Shown piece after piece: positions 62,022-64,000 of a DNA stretch of 64,000 nucleotides. Numbering within the stretch: position 1 is the first letter of the stretch; every line of letters begins with the position of its first letter. The notes under the pieces are model-generated. The model was not told where the DNA came from. It was given only the letters and a program-made list of their open reading frames with translations, and did no database searches. The stretch spans positions 6,432,001-6,496,000 of the forward strand of contig OY970194.1 of NCBI GenBank assembly GCA_963708075.1, written 5' to 3'. Both the position numbers and the translations under genes were made by a program. The DNA is from Sedimentisphaerales bacterium. GTDB taxonomy: Bacteria; Planctomycetota; Phycisphaerae; Sedimentisphaerales; Anaerobacaceae.

Positions 62022-62435
62022 ATGACAGTGAAGACATTCTTAGAGATCGAGCAAATGGAAGGTCACCACTACGATAAGGAGAATGCGGATTTCTCATCTC
62101 TTACCGCTTGGTATGATCGGGCACGAGAAAAGCAGTTCTCTGAGTTCTCTGTCGAGGATTGGTGCAAATGCGTGAGGCAGGAATTGTACCTTAAGTACCT
62201 GATTGAGTGGCCCATTGCCGAACTGAGGAAGGACCCACTCGCTGGCGAAATGTACGATGGAGAGTTGGCAAATGCCTTCACATCTGTGAGCCAGGAGTTT
62301 TGGGTGTGCCAGGAACAGGCGAAAGAAGAGGTCAAAGCGATCTTCCGCTCCGCATATGATCAATATCCAGATAATGTGCAGCGGAACATTGACGACGTGT
62401 TACGTAGATGGGGGCAACCGGGGGGCAACTCTTGA
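62022..62435 (+). CDS. Contact-dependent inhibition immunity protein (CdiI-like), orphan
   Basis: TFLEIE..EG...FSVEDW...VRQEL.L.YL...L..DPLAGEMYDGEL.....V..EFW. Confidence 0.75.
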   Translation: MTVKTFLEIEQMEGHHYDKENADFSSLTAWYDRAREKQFSEFSVEDWCKCVRQELYLKYLIEWPIAELRKDPLAGEMYDGELANAFTSVSQEFWVCQEQAKEEVKAIFRSAYDQYPDNVQRNIDDVLRRWGQPGGNS

Positions 62436-62485
62436 CACTTGACAGACAGGTCCGCCTGGCTTGCATCCGCTTTGTCAAGTGTCAA
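62421..62485. repeat. REP-like palindrome interrupted by the IS
   Basis: GGGGGCAACTC-TTGACACTTGACA...TGTCAAGTGTCAA, perfect 13-bp inverted repeat. Confidence 0.7.
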
Positions 62486-62486
62486 C

Positions 62487-64000
62487 GGGCTGTTGCCGGA
62501 ATAGGCTTGCTTTTCAGGAGTATGTGAGTATACTTTAGGAGTCCTGATGAATTGGTGGTAAGGAAGGGACTCCTTATGATGGGCAGACAGTCACAGCCGT
62601 CGGGCAAACTCTTCTACTACGATTTCTCTCTGGAGCAGCGGATTCCACAGGACCATCTGCTTCGCAAGATCCGGGCGATGGTGGATTTCGAGTTCACCTA
62701 CGGCTTGGTCCAGAGGCGCTACGGCGTCAAGGGCAACGTCTCGGTGCCGCCGCCGGTGATCCTCAAGCTGATGCTGCTGTTGTTCCTCTACGATGTGGCC
62801 TCGGAGCGGGAGTTGATGCGGACCCTGCCGTACCGTTTGGACTGGCTGTGGTTCCTGGGCTATGACCTCGATAGCGAGGTGCCCGACCATAGCGTGCTGA
62901 GCAAGGCCCGCCGCCGCTGGGGCAGCGAGGTGTTCGAGACGGCTTTCGCCAGGGGAGTCGCTCAGTGTGTCCAGGCCGGTCTGGTCAACGGACGCAAGAT
63001 ACACATGGATGGCAGCCTGGTGGACGCCAACGCCTCCAACAACTCCGTCTGCAAGGGCCCGGAACTCTGGATCGAGCGTCTGCGACAGGCGCTTCGAGGC
63101 GAGATGACGAAACTGCAGGAACCTGAACCTTCCCCGCCTAAGCCCGCCGCCGACGGCTCTATGGCCACGAGTGAAGCCTGTGCATCGGTCCCGAAGGCGA
63201 TTGCCTCGCCAGCTGCCGCGACTGCCACGGCGGCCTCCAACGAAGGGGAGGGCCCCTGCGGCCAGACGCCTGCTCCTGTGCCTGCCACCCAGTCGCCCCC
63301 GAGCGGGACCAAGAAGTACTATAAGCCCAAGAACCGCTCCATGGTCAGCACGAGCGATCCGGATGCCGCCATCGTTCGCAAAGGGCCCCATGGCCCCCGG
63401 GCGCGGTACAAGAATCATCGGGTGGTGGATGATCTGTGTGGCGTCATCACGGCGGTGGCCACCACGGCCGGGGATGTGGAAGAGAACGCCAAGTTGATGG
63501 ACCTGGCGGATCAGCACGAGCAGAACACCGGCTGCACGACAGAGACGGTGGTGGCCGACATGCAGTACGGCACGGTGGAGAACTTCCGGGCTTGTCGGCA
63601 GCGTGGGATCAACAGCCACATGGCGGACCTGACGTTGTCGCAGGCGAACAAACCCTGTATGCAGGGCATCTTCGGCATCGAGCAGTTTCTCTACGATTCC
63701 ACGAGCGACACCTACCGCTGTCCGGCAGGCCAGACGCTCACACGTCGCAAGCACAAGAAGCAGCGTCAGGCCTATGAATACGCCTGTGCCGCCGCGGTCT
63801 GCCAGGAGTGCTCGATGCGCCAGCAATGCACCCGCGCCAAGGGGACCGCCCGGACGATCAAGCGGCACTATGACCAGGACGCGATCGACGCCGCCCGGGC
63901 GCAATCGCACAGCCGGGCGGCCACACGCGACCGCCGGCGTCGTAAATGGCGGATGGAGGGCAGCTTCGGGGATGCGGCGACGCACCATGGGTTCAAGCGG
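62487..64000 (+). mobile_element. IS1182-family insertion sequence (right end outside the window)
   Basis: Probable left end GGGCTGTTGCC about 90 nt before the transposase; exact boundary uncertain by a few nt. Confidence 0.8.
62576..64000 (+). CDS. IS1182-family DDE transposase (partial)
   Basis: Absent from the ORF track (no stop). MMGRQ..SLEQRIPQDHLL..SERELM..WFLG..PDHSVLSKAR..DGS..ANAS..DPDA..AD..YG..CPAG..EGSF. Confidence 0.92.
   Translation, partial: MMGRQSQPSGKLFYYDFSLEQRIPQDHLLRKIRAMVDFEFTYGLVQRRYGVKGNVSVPPPVILKLMLLLFLYDVASERELMRTLPYRLDWLWFLGYDLDSEVPDHSVLSKARRRWGSEVFETAFARGVAQCVQAGLVNGRKIHMDGSLVDANASNNSVCKGPELWIERLRQALRGEMTKLQEPEPSPPKPAADGSMATSEACASVPKAIASPAAATATAASNEGEGPCGQTPAPVPATQSPPSGTKKYYKPKNRSMVSTSDPDAAIVRKGPHGPRARYKNHRVVDDLCGVITAVATTAGDVEENAKLMDLADQHEQNTGCTTETVVADMQYGTVENFRACRQRGINSHMADLTLSQANKPCMQGIFGIEQFLYDSTSDTYRCPAGQTLTRRKHKKQRQAYEYACAAAVCQECSMRQQCTRAKGTARTIKRHYDQDAIDAARAQSHSRAATRDRRRRKWRMEGSFGDAATHHGFKR

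Noticed and set aside
62421..62497. Integron attC site after CdiI
   Set aside because: The hairpin lacks proper RYYYAAC/GTTRRRY cores, there is no integrase, and the GTTGCC is better explained as the IS end.
1..64000. tRNA, rRNA or riboswitch genes
   Set aside because: None recognised by eye; an Infernal or tRNAscan run would be needed to exclude them.

Overview
GC-rich bacterial chromosome segment. Gene content (GLUG and beta-helix secreted proteins, a PilM-fusion operon, a duplicated MacB-type permease, several stand-alone STAS proteins, a Hanks kinase) suggests an anaerobic planctomycete such as Phycisphaerae/Sedimentisphaerales; this is inference only. The housekeeping backbone comprises cspA, an RRM protein, DUF47, hisI, a long co-oriented run (LPG-synthase-like, DUF502, hpf, EIIA, HPr, EI, TIGR03936, rne/rng, kdsD, kdsC, giant LptC/OstA-like), etfB/etfA/acyl-CoA dehydrogenase/HAD, mtaB, a pilM operon, pgi and a DEAD-box helicase. 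Accessory genes are interleaved: two single-chain restriction-modification enzymes (Type IIG and MmeI-like), a Zn-ribbon/NDT-TIR-like gene wedged between etfB and etfA, a four-helix-bundle gene threaded with 9-nt repeats, an orphan CdiI immunity gene and a partial IS1182 at the right end. Intergenic DNA is dense with REP-like palindromes and 7-/9-nt microrepeats. Main observations: (1) six of eight apparent frameshifts are the same +1 A event in G[A/C]GACC, most likely a read-out of DNA methylation in long-read data; (2) a Ser/Thr kinase gene is enclosed by long collinear inverted repeat arms; (3) accessory genes at 47.7-62.5 kb are tightly bounded by REP-like half-sites, like cassettes; (4) a D/E-P-N motif is strongly recurrent in an exported protein. 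No rRNA, tRNA or CRISPR array was recognised.
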